A DNA stretch of 64,000 nucleotides from a virus (Duplodnaviria > Caudoviricetes), in IMG/VR virus record IMGVR_UViG_3300031418_000007. One strand, given 5' to 3'. The notes under the pieces were generated by a model. That model did no database searches and was not told the DNA's origin. It saw nothing but the letters and a program-made list of their open reading frames with translations. Of the stretch, positions 8,040 through 18,815 are shown piece by piece (position 1 is the stretch's first letter; each line of letters starts with the position of its first letter). The translations under genes were made by a program, and so were the position numbers.

Positions 8040-10913
8040 TTATGTATCGCGAATAACGTCTTTATAACGGAAGAAGTTGGTTGCACCCAATTCAGTGCCG
8101 TCATTGACAACAAACGGAATGGTAGCGCCCTTACGCGTGCTGCTGATCAGATGTTTGTCTAACACGATAAAGGACCGTGTATAACGCACACCCGTGCCGT
8201 CACTGTCGTAACCAATCATGATGGCGTTGTTATCAGGCTTCTGTTCTTGAGTGTAGCGCACCAGTTCAATAACCCCGGTGTTCTCCTCAAGGTAGAAATA
8301 ACTTGGCCATGTCGAGTAAGCCAGCTCCTGGGTTTCATCCACCGAAATACCCACGCCGTTGATAACACAGCGGTAGCCTTCGGGAATAATCACCAGCTTC
8401 TGATTAGCCAACTGATACGGTTTAAACAGAATCGTTGCGTCACGCGCGCTTCCCAATACCACATCGGTGTTGATCCCTGCGGTGCACTGGAACATACCAA
8501 TACGCGGAACCATCGTTAATGGATAGTGGTCATCACTGACGTCAAAGAACTCGGTACCTGCAAAGGTTTTGGCCGGAACGTTGTTCAGCGGAGTCAATGT
8601 CGGTGCTGCTGCCAGGAAGTTATCAGTGGTAAAGGTAATGTCCCCACTCATGCTTTCCCACGGACGGTTCAGACCAAACACCCACTGGTTGTCACTGAGC
8701 TTGTAGGCCAGCAAGTCACTGTGGGAAGAATGCAAACCGTCGTTGCTCTGACTGGTGCGTTTGCCTTTGTTAGGGGTCGTTGCTTTACTCACCACCGATA
8801 ACACGGTATCCGTTTTCAGTCCCAGCGTCATTACACCGTTGGACAGGGTATACGGCACCACACAGGCATGCACGACCGCACAACCGTCACTCCACCAACA
8901 CAGTGCACGCAAGCCACCCACAATCATTGCCCCCATACTGCGAGCACGAGGATACTGTTCCGGTACGCCGTTGTACATCTGCTTAACCGCAGCAGACGCT
9001 TCTGCTTCTGAGGCTTTTAAACGCATCACGATCAGCGAATTAGGCGACAAGCTTACGTCTGCACCCAGCACGACTGCGCCACCGGAATACTGGAAGCTGT
9101 CAGAACCCTTGAACCCGTTCAGGCTGGTAAAGCTCAATGCACTTACCGTTACCCCGCCCGACACAGCTGTAACCGACGTCAGTGAGTTAGGCAGCTTGGT
9201 GGTCAGATCGCGCTCAGTGATGAGGTCAGGACGCGTAATGCCGTAAGTCTTGGTATTGGCATCGTACTGTGTGTTGCTACCGGTTGCCCACTGAAGTTCT
9301 TTGTACTTATAACCAAAGCGATCCACAGCCAAGCAATAGCTCAGGTAGGTGATCTGGTTAGCGTCTTGTGAAATTGGCAGAATACGCTCAGGCAATTCCC
9401 CCAGCGAGAAGTGACGCGTGGGAACAAAGGTCTGGGTAATGCTGTCTTTCACTGGACGATACAGTGCGGGGTTCTCTAGCAGTGGCACCACACCCTTCAT
9501 GTCGGTAGGCGAGACTTTGATACGCAGACAGGTCGGTGTTGTATAACCATTGAGGATCAAACCATTGGTGTTGATCACTCCTGGACACTTCACCAAGTTC
9601 AACAGGTTAGTAGGATCATTGTCCACCAACCACTTGCACTTCGCCAGATCAGCTTCTGTGGTGATGCTGTCTTTGCTATAACCTTTCAGCATATCAATAG
9701 CACCGGTATCCGCAATAACCAGCTTGCCCGGGTGAACCGATTCCGTGAAGTTAAAGATCTTGTTAAAGGTCTTACCCCCAATGGTTACCGTAACCGGCAT
9801 GGCGATGTTCATCAAGAACTCAAGGTTCAGATAACGCCAATCTGCACTGATCGTGGGTTGTTCACCGGCTTTTAATGCAGAGACAACCGAGACACCCGCA
9901 CCCAACGTAAAGAAGTCATTCAGTGACATGGTCCGCGTTTTGTTGATGCTGTCGTTAACGTTGTTCATGTTAACGGTGTTGTACGTGGCCTTGTAACTGG
10001 AGTTGACGATCTGCGTCAGCGTTGGATTAGACTCAGGGTCGTTGACACCAAAGAAGTAGTGCCCCAACGTTAAGGTGGTTCCCGTATAGCTTGCGCTTAA
10101 CAGGCAACCTTTGTGGGAGATATCACCAAACGTCGAACTCAACACCACAAAGAAGTTACCTGAGCCCGGTATCGAACTGTTGTAGTTGTAGATGCCTTTG
10201 TTCGCCAACGGACGGAAGATCCCGATACGCCCCAGATTGTCAATCGCCCCCTTCATGTTCCAGCCCGATCCCCAATAACGAGAAGCAATCTGACGTTCCT
10301 CGTTCAAGCCAATGCTGGCGCCCATTTTCACCGTATCAGAGTAATAGAGTGAATAGGGGCCGGCGTTAGCCGTGGGGTACTGTGGTGAGGCGATAACACG
10401 GTCACCGTTCATGATCAGAGTAACTGGCCCGCGTTGAAAGAACAGCGCGTTGCCCGGGTCTTTCTCTGCGCGATCAAACTGGTCGATGTGGTGCAGGGCA
10501 GCAAACGGCATTCGCACGTTTTGCTGGAAATCCTGCGCGTTAAAGCCATTGACCGATTGGGTGATGGCTGCCTTCATACCCGCTGGATTAACAAACGCAT
10601 CATCCACAAAGTTCAAGTGATCCTGCACCGTGGCGCTACGAAAGTTATCGACTTTCTCTAACTGTACAGTGGTTGAGGTTTCCCCGTGTACTGGGCCCGT
10701 TAACGCAATATGGGCATCCACCGGTACGCCCACCGCGGCAACGAAGTTACCCACTGCTTGGGCGATATACGTGAGGTTGGCACTGGTTTGCGCATCGTTG
10801 CTGTCTTGCGCCTGTTCCACCTTGCGACGGAGATTGTTAAGGCTCGACAACAGGGAACCGTATCGCGGTTCTGGATCTGCAATAACCGGACGTTCCCCAC
10901 CAATGATTTTCAT
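8040..10913 (-). CDS. Tail fibre / baseplate fibre paralog 3 (957 aa)
   Basis: N-terminal 'H..T...V.LEKVDNFRSAT' motif and C-terminal 'LISSTRKGATIP' motif shared with the neighbouring paralogs. Confidence 0.7.
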   Translation of the reverse strand: MKIIGGERPVIADPEPRYGSLLSSLNNLRRKVEQAQDSNDAQTSANLTYIAQAVGNFVAAVGVPVDAHIALTGPVHGETSTTVQLEKVDNFRSATVQDHLNFVDDAFVNPAGMKAAITQSVNGFNAQDFQQNVRMPFAALHHIDQFDRAEKDPGNALFFQRGPVTLIMNGDRVIASPQYPTANAGPYSLYYSDTVKMGASIGLNEERQIASRYWGSGWNMKGAIDNLGRIGIFRPLANKGIYNYNSSIPGSGNFFVVLSSTFGDISHKGCLLSASYTGTTLTLGHYFFGVNDPESNPTLTQIVNSSYKATYNTVNMNNVNDSINKTRTMSLNDFFTLGAGVSVVSALKAGEQPTISADWRYLNLEFLMNIAMPVTVTIGGKTFNKIFNFTESVHPGKLVIADTGAIDMLKGYSKDSITTEADLAKCKWLVDNDPTNLLNLVKCPGVINTNGLILNGYTTPTCLRIKVSPTDMKGVVPLLENPALYRPVKDSITQTFVPTRHFSLGELPERILPISQDANQITYLSYCLAVDRFGYKYKELQWATGSNTQYDANTKTYGITRPDLITERDLTTKLPNSLTSVTAVSGGVTVSALSFTSLNGFKGSDSFQYSGGAVVLGADVSLSPNSLIVMRLKASEAEASAAVKQMYNGVPEQYPRARSMGAMIVGGLRALCWWSDGCAVVHACVVPYTLSNGVMTLGLKTDTVLSVVSKATTPNKGKRTSQSNDGLHSSHSDLLAYKLSDNQWVFGLNRPWESMSGDITFTTDNFLAAAPTLTPLNNVPAKTFAGTEFFDVSDDHYPLTMVPRIGMFQCTAGINTDVVLGSARDATILFKPYQLANQKLVIIPEGYRCVINGVGISVDETQELAYSTWPSYFYLEENTGVIELVRYTQEQKPDNNAIMIGYDSDGTGVRYTRSFIVLDKHLISSTRKGATIPFVVNDGTELGATNFFRYKDVIRDT

Positions 10914-10953
10914 GAGAACTCCTTGTGGGGAGGTTGCCCTCCCCGATTAACTG

Positions 10954-13900
10954 TTAGCTGCTGGGGAGATCATGCTGGTACACATAGCTCAATGTACCTT
11001 CATCCATTGGCATGCCGATTGATACCGGGATTGACCCTGCTTTACGTGACGTGGAGAGAATAGCATCTCCGATCATCACAGTAGAGTAACGGTCAATGGT
11101 AAGAATTTGCTTGTCATTGGTGACCACTTTAGCAGCTGGAATCAAACTCAAGTTATGACGAATGCGTTTACCGGACACAATGTAATACGCTGTATCGCCG
11201 TAACAGGTGATATAGATGTAGAACGTTTTGTTAGCCGGAGTGGGGTCGATATCGCGCAGGTCCACTGTACCAGTTGGAGCGTCATACGACGTGCCGTTAA
11301 TTACCAGCTTGGTGCCTGCTTTGAAATAGATAATCCAACCGCTATCAGGATACACAGACGCCAGCAGGTAGTTCTGGTTATTGACGTTGGCGATCATCAC
11401 TGCCGCCCCCGTATAGCTGCGGTCGTACTGTGTACCGTAACCCACACGCGGGATCAACGGAACAGTATCCTCGCGACCATAACCGGTCCCTCGCCAACCC
11501 TGAGACACGAAATCCTGTGTGCCAATATCCCAGACGTAATCAAACGATGGAGCATAGGCACCGCCAGGCACGGTCACCATCCAGCCTGTGTGCAGTTTCA
11601 CCGTATAACGGTTCCCTTCTTTATAGAACGGCCAGTGGTTGCTACCGCCTTGAGAAGGAATATAGATGGAGCGGTTGGTGCCCTGACGTTTATCCCGCCA
11701 AACTGCTCCCTGCCTAACCAAGGTCGGGTTCGTTAACTGAATAACGGGAACGCCCACGCTGCTGGTCGGGTAATTAGTCTGTTGGAGATTCAGTGCAATT
11801 ACCTGCCCCATGATCATTGACCGATCTACGTCTGAGTAACCAAAGATCTGCGCAAAGCACGGTAAGCCCGCTGCCAACGGCGTCGTGGCTTGTGCCTGGT
11901 ACGGAATCATAACCTTGATCACCGCATAAGACATTTGAGCAGCTTCAGTGACGAACATGGCTTTGATCTGGTTCAACACCCCGGGGTTAATTCCGTAATA
12001 GGACGTTGGAGTCACTACCATCGTCAGGTTGTCATCGTTGTACACTTTCTGGAAGGTACGCGGAACAGAAATCAAACTGTCAACCATGTCATTGATGCGG
12101 TCACTGTACGGGAATTGAGAACGCCAACCATTATTCTCAAAGATCGCCTGTACCACTGACATAGACATGTCGCCACACTCCACACCTGCGGCATCCAGCG
12201 CCGCACTGTTTCCCGTGAACATCGCCATAGGGTAGTTGAAACCTACGTTGGTGCTGTAGACGGTGTTGACCAGAGGACGCCCTAACAGATTACCCAGCTT
12301 TAAGTTAGTCAACCCAGGACGAGACGCGTAGCCACCGCTAACCTTACGATAGATTTCTACCTGACTGCGACCCACTTTATCCCACGCTGGCACGAACTCA
12401 CCCTCACGGTCCCACACAGGATGTAACGCACCGGTGCCTTCTGCGGTGGGTGCAGTGACTGCCTGATTGGTGCGGGTGTAGACGATGTTGTTATTCAACA
12501 GATGCGTCTTAACGCCATCGGCGGCGTTGTTCGCCGCAGTTACCGCTACCCCTAACTGCATAGGAAAAGTTGTGGTGGAGTTCTGAGACACAACGAAGAT
12601 ATAGTCGCCAGTAGGCAACACCGCCATGGCGCAGGCAAAGTCAATGCCCACGGACTGATCAACAAACCCCACACTTTCCGCACCAGGAGGATATACACCC
12701 GTGGTGGTATCCGCTGTGACAATCGGTGAACTGTCTAGCAGTGACATTTGACCACTGTTCACATCCATGCGATAGGCATACTGGAAGTTCATGTAGAAGT
12801 TAGTCTGAGGCACACGTTGGTCATCAAAGATAAACGGTCGAAGATGAAAACGCATAACCAGAACATCCGTAGATTCTTCAGCAAAGAAAATCGGGTCCGA
12901 GAAACGATAGGAAATACCGCGTGTAGGTGGATTGAAGTTCCATAAGTAGCGAACGATCATGCCGTTACCGTCACGTGCGGTTTCGTCGGGGAAGAACCAC
13001 TGCTGGTTACTTTTACCGCGGCCAGCGAGATCAATGTAGTTCACATTCATCAACGCAGGAGTTAACACATTGCCCTGACCCAGTGATGATTTCGACACAC
13101 GGTAGAATGCCATGCCGTTGTTGTCACCGTTAGGGTTATTCGCCGCAAAGATAATCCAGTTCTTGGTACTCATTACCGTGTTGGGGTAATAACCCTGTTG
13201 GAAGTCCTGGTGTGGCAAACTCGAGAGATTCACTTCGGTAAAGACATGCGTAGCTGGGTTCAGTGTGCCGTTGGTCAATGACACCCACCATTTGTTTTTA
13301 GTAGAATCCCCAACCACCAACACGTCCTGTCCCGATCCACGCATCACTGTGTCCAGCACATAACCTGCGGCTTTCAATAACGGGTTCTCGTACTTGAAGC
13401 CAGTGAATAACAGATTGGGAACCTGGGCCTTATAGTTCTCGATATAGCTGAAATACAGAGCCTTAACACGTCCATCGAAGTGACGCTTGATCATCATCAC
13501 ACGACCGTTGTTTTCCAGACAGATCGCCGCCATGTTGGTGTCGGTGCCGATGCCTTCAAAACTCCCGTCGATCACAGGAGGCAGGTAGTCAGATGAACTC
13601 AACATAGAGATCGGCAACGTACCGTTCTTCATCAGCATCGAGGTATCAGGCGATTGTGCAATAACCGCCTGAACTGCGCCGGCTGGCGTTGAGAACAGGT
13701 CAGAACGTGTGCCGTCGATATCCTGCTGAATCGTGGCTGTGGCAAAGTTATCCACGTTGCCCAACAGTAGATCAAAGGCGGTTACCTTGTGCGGGTTACC
13801 GTAATTCTTGCCGTGCGCATCCAGCTTGTTACTCACCAATTTGTATTGTGTGATCAACGCATCCAACACTTGACGGACGTTGCTGTAGATCTCATCAACG

Positions 13901-14433
13901 TTCTGCTGCGTACGCACTTGACGTTCGGCTAATGCCAGCATATAACGACACATCATAACGATGTCGTCCCAGCCCAGCAGTTCTTCAGGCAGGTGCCAGT
14001 GTTCACTGGGTGGTAACGTGGCCGGGATCTGGATGACCTTGCTCCACGGAATCTTGTCTCCACCATGGATAATGGCGTAGATCTGTTCTTCCAGAGAAGC
14101 CCGCGGAACATAGGCGACACCCACTGAGTGGTAACTGATTACCAGACTATCTTCCTGCTCTAACAGAGAAGAGTCCAGCTCAATAAAGGTGTTGATGTCC
14201 AGTCCGGTCATCTCAATAAGCGGCATGGGTTTAAAACATTCTTTCCAACCCGTAGTAACAGGTTGTCCGTCCGAGGTTTTGATCTTTACTGAACCTGCGA
14301 CAAAAGGAGCACCGTTGGGAACAATCCAGGGACAGGTTTTATCGGTAAGTTTCTGAACCTCATCTTTTATATCGTTATTGGTATTTGTCCCATGCGGATC
14401 AAACGCCAAGTTTGGCCACATTTCAATAAACAT
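10954..14433 (-). CDS. Tail fibre / baseplate fibre paralog 2 (1159 aa)
   Basis: HGKNYGNPHKVTAFDLLLGNVDNFATAT; PPVIDGSFEG..; C-terminal LSTSRKAGSIP. Collinear with 14475..17972. Confidence 0.75.
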   Translation of the reverse strand: MFIEMWPNLAFDPHGTNTNNDIKDEVQKLTDKTCPWIVPNGAPFVAGSVKIKTSDGQPVTTGWKECFKPMPLIEMTGLDINTFIELDSSLLEQEDSLVISYHSVGVAYVPRASLEEQIYAIIHGGDKIPWSKVIQIPATLPPSEHWHLPEELLGWDDIVMMCRYMLALAERQVRTQQNVDEIYSNVRQVLDALITQYKLVSNKLDAHGKNYGNPHKVTAFDLLLGNVDNFATATIQQDIDGTRSDLFSTPAGAVQAVIAQSPDTSMLMKNGTLPISMLSSSDYLPPVIDGSFEGIGTDTNMAAICLENNGRVMMIKRHFDGRVKALYFSYIENYKAQVPNLLFTGFKYENPLLKAAGYVLDTVMRGSGQDVLVVGDSTKNKWWVSLTNGTLNPATHVFTEVNLSSLPHQDFQQGYYPNTVMSTKNWIIFAANNPNGDNNGMAFYRVSKSSLGQGNVLTPALMNVNYIDLAGRGKSNQQWFFPDETARDGNGMIVRYLWNFNPPTRGISYRFSDPIFFAEESTDVLVMRFHLRPFIFDDQRVPQTNFYMNFQYAYRMDVNSGQMSLLDSSPIVTADTTTGVYPPGAESVGFVDQSVGIDFACAMAVLPTGDYIFVVSQNSTTTFPMQLGVAVTAANNAADGVKTHLLNNNIVYTRTNQAVTAPTAEGTGALHPVWDREGEFVPAWDKVGRSQVEIYRKVSGGYASRPGLTNLKLGNLLGRPLVNTVYSTNVGFNYPMAMFTGNSAALDAAGVECGDMSMSVVQAIFENNGWRSQFPYSDRINDMVDSLISVPRTFQKVYNDDNLTMVVTPTSYYGINPGVLNQIKAMFVTEAAQMSYAVIKVMIPYQAQATTPLAAGLPCFAQIFGYSDVDRSMIMGQVIALNLQQTNYPTSSVGVPVIQLTNPTLVRQGAVWRDKRQGTNRSIYIPSQGGSNHWPFYKEGNRYTVKLHTGWMVTVPGGAYAPSFDYVWDIGTQDFVSQGWRGTGYGREDTVPLIPRVGYGTQYDRSYTGAAVMIANVNNQNYLLASVYPDSGWIIYFKAGTKLVINGTSYDAPTGTVDLRDIDPTPANKTFYIYITCYGDTAYYIVSGKRIRHNLSLIPAAKVVTNDKQILTIDRYSTVMIGDAILSTSRKAGSIPVSIGMPMDEGTLSYVYQHDLPSS

Positions 14434-14474
14434 GAAAACTCCTGGGGGAGAGTTGTCCCCTCCCCGTTAAAAGG

Positions 14475-17400
14475 TTAGCCTTGAATAATTTCAGGTGTAC
14501 GAATCCACGCCATCTGACCTTCCTCTGTAATCGCGCCTGTAACCGCCGGTATGGCGCCGCCACGTTTCACTTCACTCACACGTGCGCCATTAAGTAACAG
14601 GGCGTTAAAACGCGTGATATCGATGATTTGCGTGGCATTGGTGGTTACGGTACCAATCCAGATGTTGTAGATGGTGTCAAAGGTTTTGGTTTCACTGATG
14701 ACATAGGTCGCTACGCCATTGACCAGACGAGCATACAGATAGAACTTCGTATTACCCGGATCACCCTTGATAGAACGCAAGTCAACAGCGCCGGAACCCA
14801 ACTGGTAACTCTTGCCGTTAAAGATCACGTCGATATCGGTTTGGAAGAACAGCGTCCACGCCGGGTCTGGATAACAGGAGATCAATGCATAGACAGTACC
14901 GTTAGCATTGACGATCTCAGCCGTTGCACCAGTGACGTTGGGGTTGTACTTTCCACCCAAGCCGACCTTCGGAATCATCACCTGGTTGTTTGCTCCTTCC
15001 CATGACTGGTTATAGTTCGGGAGCAGGTTACTCACTGCCTGAGTAGAGGTGTCTACACTGAACACCGTACCGCAGCACGCTGAGTTGCCGATGTGACTCG
15101 TTCTGTACAGCGTGTTAAACGCCACACGGATGGTGTTACCGCTGTAGTAAAGACTTACAACGTTTTCACCCTGTCCATCAGAACCGTAGGTGAACTCCCA
15201 CTGTGTTGGTGTCAACCACAGCTGCTGGTTCATCGACTGGATATCACCACTGCTGATTACCGAGAAGCCGGTAACAATCCAGTTATTCGCATCAGCCTGA
15301 TTGTAGGTAACACGAATAGTGGCAACCACGTGACGACGTGCCTGATTCTTGACATCTCCATAAACCACCTGAACCAGAATCGGCTTCGTACCCACATTAC
15401 CCGGGATGGTGCTGACATCCGCAATTGACACCAGGCTATCGGGAGAATCCTGATAAGCCGCGGGAATCAATGCTTTGGCAATCTGACGCACCATGGCATC
15501 GGGATAGGTAATAAATGACGTCGGCAGGAAGTTCCAATCCGTGCTGTTGATCTTGAAGTTGTTATTGGTTCTCGCCAGCACGATTGTGCGGTCCGATTTA
15601 ACAACTGACGCCCAGGCACTGTGCGGATTCTTGTAAATACGTCCCTCAACACCCACACCCAACGAGGTCGCACCAAAGTTCAAGCCAGAGTTGGACAGGA
15701 ACGTGGTATCACCTGAGATACCCACACGCGGTTGAGCGTAGGGAATCCCTGTACGATAAACAGCATTCGACAATGGACGCGAATAGATGTTAGCAATATC
15801 CAGGTTGGTTAAGCTGGGCCGAACCGCGTATTCTCCACTGACTTCACGGAAGAAGATCTCACGACCACCATTGGAATATTTGGTTACTGCATTAAAGAAC
15901 TCACCCGCACCAGACCAACTCACCGCAGTAGGGTAAATCGAATACGCCAGAGGCGATGCGATGGCCTCTGTGGTAAGAACGACTTGTATGTTAGGGAAGT
16001 TGGCTTTTTCCAAACGTTTGGACAGCGTCTCGTAAGCAGACTTACCGCCGGTTTTAATTAAGTAACAACCGTGTGGGGTGCGGAAAGCCGAGTTCGTTTG
16101 AGACACCAACAAGTTACCGTCACTGAACGCCATCGTGCAGTTTTCTGCAAAGTACTGAGTTAAGTATGAATTTTCCCAACTTCCCCAATAACTTGTCAGC
16201 TGACCATCAATCGTCAACGGGTTCGACGAATCAATAGTCGGAGAAGCCTTGCTTTGAACTTGTGTCATTACGCCTGAGAACACATTAAACTCGTAGTTGA
16301 GTTCATAGGTATGACTGAACGAGTAGGAACCTCGTGTTGCGTCGATACCAGGCGTAAACGAGTGACTCAGGAACTTCATCAAGAAGATGCCCGGTCGGTT
16401 AGGGATAGCACAAGTCACGGTGGCGGCAGTGCGGTAAAAGGTATTGCCGACCTCGGTTAAATTAAGCGGATTACTATACCGGTTAATCAATCGAGTCACC
16501 AAGCCATTAGCGTCGCGCTGGATCTCGGCCCAAACAAAATAATCGTTGTTGCTGAAAGCACGACCGTCTTGGTTGGTAAACGTGAGCTTCATTGGTGTAG
16601 GGGTGAGTGTGTTACCTGACACAAAACTGTTCTTCGCCAAACGCCAAATACGACGATGACTGCGTCCGATGTTCTCACCACCTGTAGGATCCGCCATAGC
16701 CTGAACAATGATGACGTAATCACCCATGAGATGCGCAGACAGGAAATCCGTTTGCAGGTAGTTCTGGTCAAAACCGGTGACGTCCAATTCGCACATCACG
16801 TGGTAGCCCGGATCCAGTGTGCCATTCGTCAGGGCAATAAACCAACGCTTGGTGCGGGAAGAACCCACCAACAGCACTTCACCACCGCTGCCTTGTCCCA
16901 CCATGTTGGGGTTCTGGCTTTTTGCCGTTAACACCGGATGGGTATAACGGTAGCTCTGGTAGTTCATCTTCAGCGCATTCGGGTAACCGGTGATGATACT
17001 AAAGTAGAGTCCCTCGCTGCGCCCGTCGAAGTGGTTAGACAGGTAACTGATCGTACCGTCACTCTCTAGGCAAATTGCCGCACCTTCATGCTGTGATCCC
17101 AACCCCTCAAAGCTTCCCCCGATAGCAGGTGGAATAAACGACGTATTACCGTAAAACGAGATCGGCAGAACGTTGGACTTCAAAAAGGCGTCAGTGGAGT
17201 AACCGTAACGTCTGATGATCTGTTCCAAGGAGCTCGGCGTCAGCCGCATGTTGGGTGTGCCGTTGATAGCCTGGTCCAGAGAGGCCGTAGGGATGTTTTC
17301 CACTAGCCCCTTGCCAATCTGTGTCTTGGTGAGTCCATGCTCGTCATACTGCTCTGTGTGGCGTTTCAGCGCCTTCTGGACAATGACGGTATTGCGGTCA

Positions 17401-17972
17401 AAGTAGTTCTTTACCAGATTGGTCTGTGCCTGCAAAGCAATAGGGCTTACTGCTGGACTGATCTTGCTAAGGTTATCCGCCCAGATATCAATCAGTTCAA
17501 TGATGTCCTGGAAGTTGGTAACATCATAAGGCAGCAGATGCGTGTGGAACATTGGATCAAACACCACCGGTTTATCGTGGATGTTCTTCCACTTAATCAA
17601 CCGAGTGTCATTGGCTGCGGAGTTAATCAGCTCAATCAGTGAACGATCGAACAGGGGCGAACTCCCTACCGCATGGTAATCCATGTACATGGTTTTCAGG
17701 TTGGGGTTCAGCACTTCTATCAGAGCAGCGACACTCTGCGCACACATCGCAGAAAGCGAACCCATCATACGAAAGATTCGGTAGTCAGTGCCTTTAATCA
17801 GTTCCCGCCCCTTGTCATCACGTAACACTAATGAGTCACTAAAGAAGGGAGCATGAAGCGGAACAAATACGTTCTGGTCATCACGTAACACGTATTGTTC
17901 GTTAGGAACTTTGTTAACCTCGAACTCACGATTGATGTCGAGCTTGTAATCTCGAATGATGGGGTAGTTCAT
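14475..17972 (-). CDS. Tail fibre / baseplate fibre paralog 1 (1165 aa)
   Basis: HGLTKTQIGKGLVENIPTAS; PPAIGGSFEG; C-terminal VSEVKRGGAIP. Same architecture as phiKZ gp145/146 and SPN3US gp167-170 type proteins (recalled). Confidence 0.75.
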   Translation of the reverse strand: MNYPIIRDYKLDINREFEVNKVPNEQYVLRDDQNVFVPLHAPFFSDSLVLRDDKGRELIKGTDYRIFRMMGSLSAMCAQSVAALIEVLNPNLKTMYMDYHAVGSSPLFDRSLIELINSAANDTRLIKWKNIHDKPVVFDPMFHTHLLPYDVTNFQDIIELIDIWADNLSKISPAVSPIALQAQTNLVKNYFDRNTVIVQKALKRHTEQYDEHGLTKTQIGKGLVENIPTASLDQAINGTPNMRLTPSSLEQIIRRYGYSTDAFLKSNVLPISFYGNTSFIPPAIGGSFEGLGSQHEGAAICLESDGTISYLSNHFDGRSEGLYFSIITGYPNALKMNYQSYRYTHPVLTAKSQNPNMVGQGSGGEVLLVGSSRTKRWFIALTNGTLDPGYHVMCELDVTGFDQNYLQTDFLSAHLMGDYVIIVQAMADPTGGENIGRSHRRIWRLAKNSFVSGNTLTPTPMKLTFTNQDGRAFSNNDYFVWAEIQRDANGLVTRLINRYSNPLNLTEVGNTFYRTAATVTCAIPNRPGIFLMKFLSHSFTPGIDATRGSYSFSHTYELNYEFNVFSGVMTQVQSKASPTIDSSNPLTIDGQLTSYWGSWENSYLTQYFAENCTMAFSDGNLLVSQTNSAFRTPHGCYLIKTGGKSAYETLSKRLEKANFPNIQVVLTTEAIASPLAYSIYPTAVSWSGAGEFFNAVTKYSNGGREIFFREVSGEYAVRPSLTNLDIANIYSRPLSNAVYRTGIPYAQPRVGISGDTTFLSNSGLNFGATSLGVGVEGRIYKNPHSAWASVVKSDRTIVLARTNNNFKINSTDWNFLPTSFITYPDAMVRQIAKALIPAAYQDSPDSLVSIADVSTIPGNVGTKPILVQVVYGDVKNQARRHVVATIRVTYNQADANNWIVTGFSVISSGDIQSMNQQLWLTPTQWEFTYGSDGQGENVVSLYYSGNTIRVAFNTLYRTSHIGNSACCGTVFSVDTSTQAVSNLLPNYNQSWEGANNQVMIPKVGLGGKYNPNVTGATAEIVNANGTVYALISCYPDPAWTLFFQTDIDVIFNGKSYQLGSGAVDLRSIKGDPGNTKFYLYARLVNGVATYVISETKTFDTIYNIWIGTVTTNATQIIDITRFNALLLNGARVSEVKRGGAIPAVTGAITEEGQMAWIRTPEIIQG

Positions 17973-17981
17973 GCGATTGCC

Positions 17982-18728
17982 TTATGATAAGTTCAAGTTA
18001 CCGTTTGCCAGGCGTTTCAGGACTTCCATCAGCAGACCCATGGTAATAAACACGTTGGGGTTTTTACCGCCGATATCCTGGACTGTGCCGGTAGGGAAGT
18101 TGTCCACCTTGCCCAGGCCCACCATTGATGCGTCTGCTTTGTGCGCGGTATCCAGCTCGGCATCCAAGTGTGCCTGCAACAGCGACATGATAGTGTTGGG
18201 GTCAGTGGTGCGTACGGTGATGATCTGACGCAGCAGCTGCATCATGTCATAGACGTTGTACACCAGATTAACCGGGTGTTCGTGTGGGTCAGACGGCCAT
18301 TCAGTGGGAATGCCAACAAAGTCTTCCCAATACGCTTCGCGGTCGTGGTTCAGCAGGTTCGCCACCATCTCTGCGTAGGCGATCTCATCCAGCACAAACT
18401 TACCACCGATCGTGTTGTAACGAATCACATAGTTGCCGGTGTTGGGTGCGGGAATAACCACTGAACCCATGACGTTGATTTGGTACTTTTTGATAAAGAC
18501 GTCAAAGGGGTTCGCCAACGCCGCCTGGTTTCCCAGGGATAGGCGGGTTCCGGTGATGGTACCGTCTTGGTTAATAGTGGCGTTGCTGTACAGCTCAAAA
18601 TCGTTTAAGAAAAACGGTGCTGCACGGGGAATATAAAGGTTGCGTTCAGGGGTCAGGGTGAATGACTCAGTCACGCGGTTATTAACGTTGGTGTTATACG
18701 GATTGTACGGATACGTAATCTGTGCCAT
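17982..18728 (-). CDS. Short fibre-family protein (N-terminal anchoring module only)
   Basis: YIPRAAPFF, WPSDPHEHP and HKADASMVGLGKVDNFPTG match the N-terminal modules of the large paralogs. Confidence 0.7.
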   Translation of the reverse strand: MAQITYPYNPYNTNVNNRVTESFTLTPERNLYIPRAAPFFLNDFELYSNATINQDGTITGTRLSLGNQAALANPFDVFIKKYQINVMGSVVIPAPNTGNYVIRYNTIGGKFVLDEIAYAEMVANLLNHDREAYWEDFVGIPTEWPSDPHEHPVNLVYNVYDMMQLLRQIITVRTTDPNTIMSLLQAHLDAELDTAHKADASMVGLGKVDNFPTGTVQDIGGKNPNVFITMGLLMEVLKRLANGNLNLS

Positions 18729-18778
18729 TGCAGCCTCTGATTAAATTCTATGTTAAGTCTATTAAAGGGGAATGAATT

Positions 18779-18786
18779 CATAAAAT
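18779..18786 (-). promoter_or_regulatory. Putative late promoter ATTTTATG
   Basis: CATAAAAT on the plus strand, about 50 nt upstream of the fibre operon; exact copies precede five other structural operons. Confidence 0.6.
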
Positions 18787-18815
18787 CTCCCCGACCTCAC
18801 AGAAAAGGGAAAAGC

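Noticed and set aside
11985-12010. PTSYYG in fibre paralog 2 resembling the PxTYYGEL motif
   Set aside because: Different register, internal position, no following EL, and not conserved in paralog 1 (PTSFITY).
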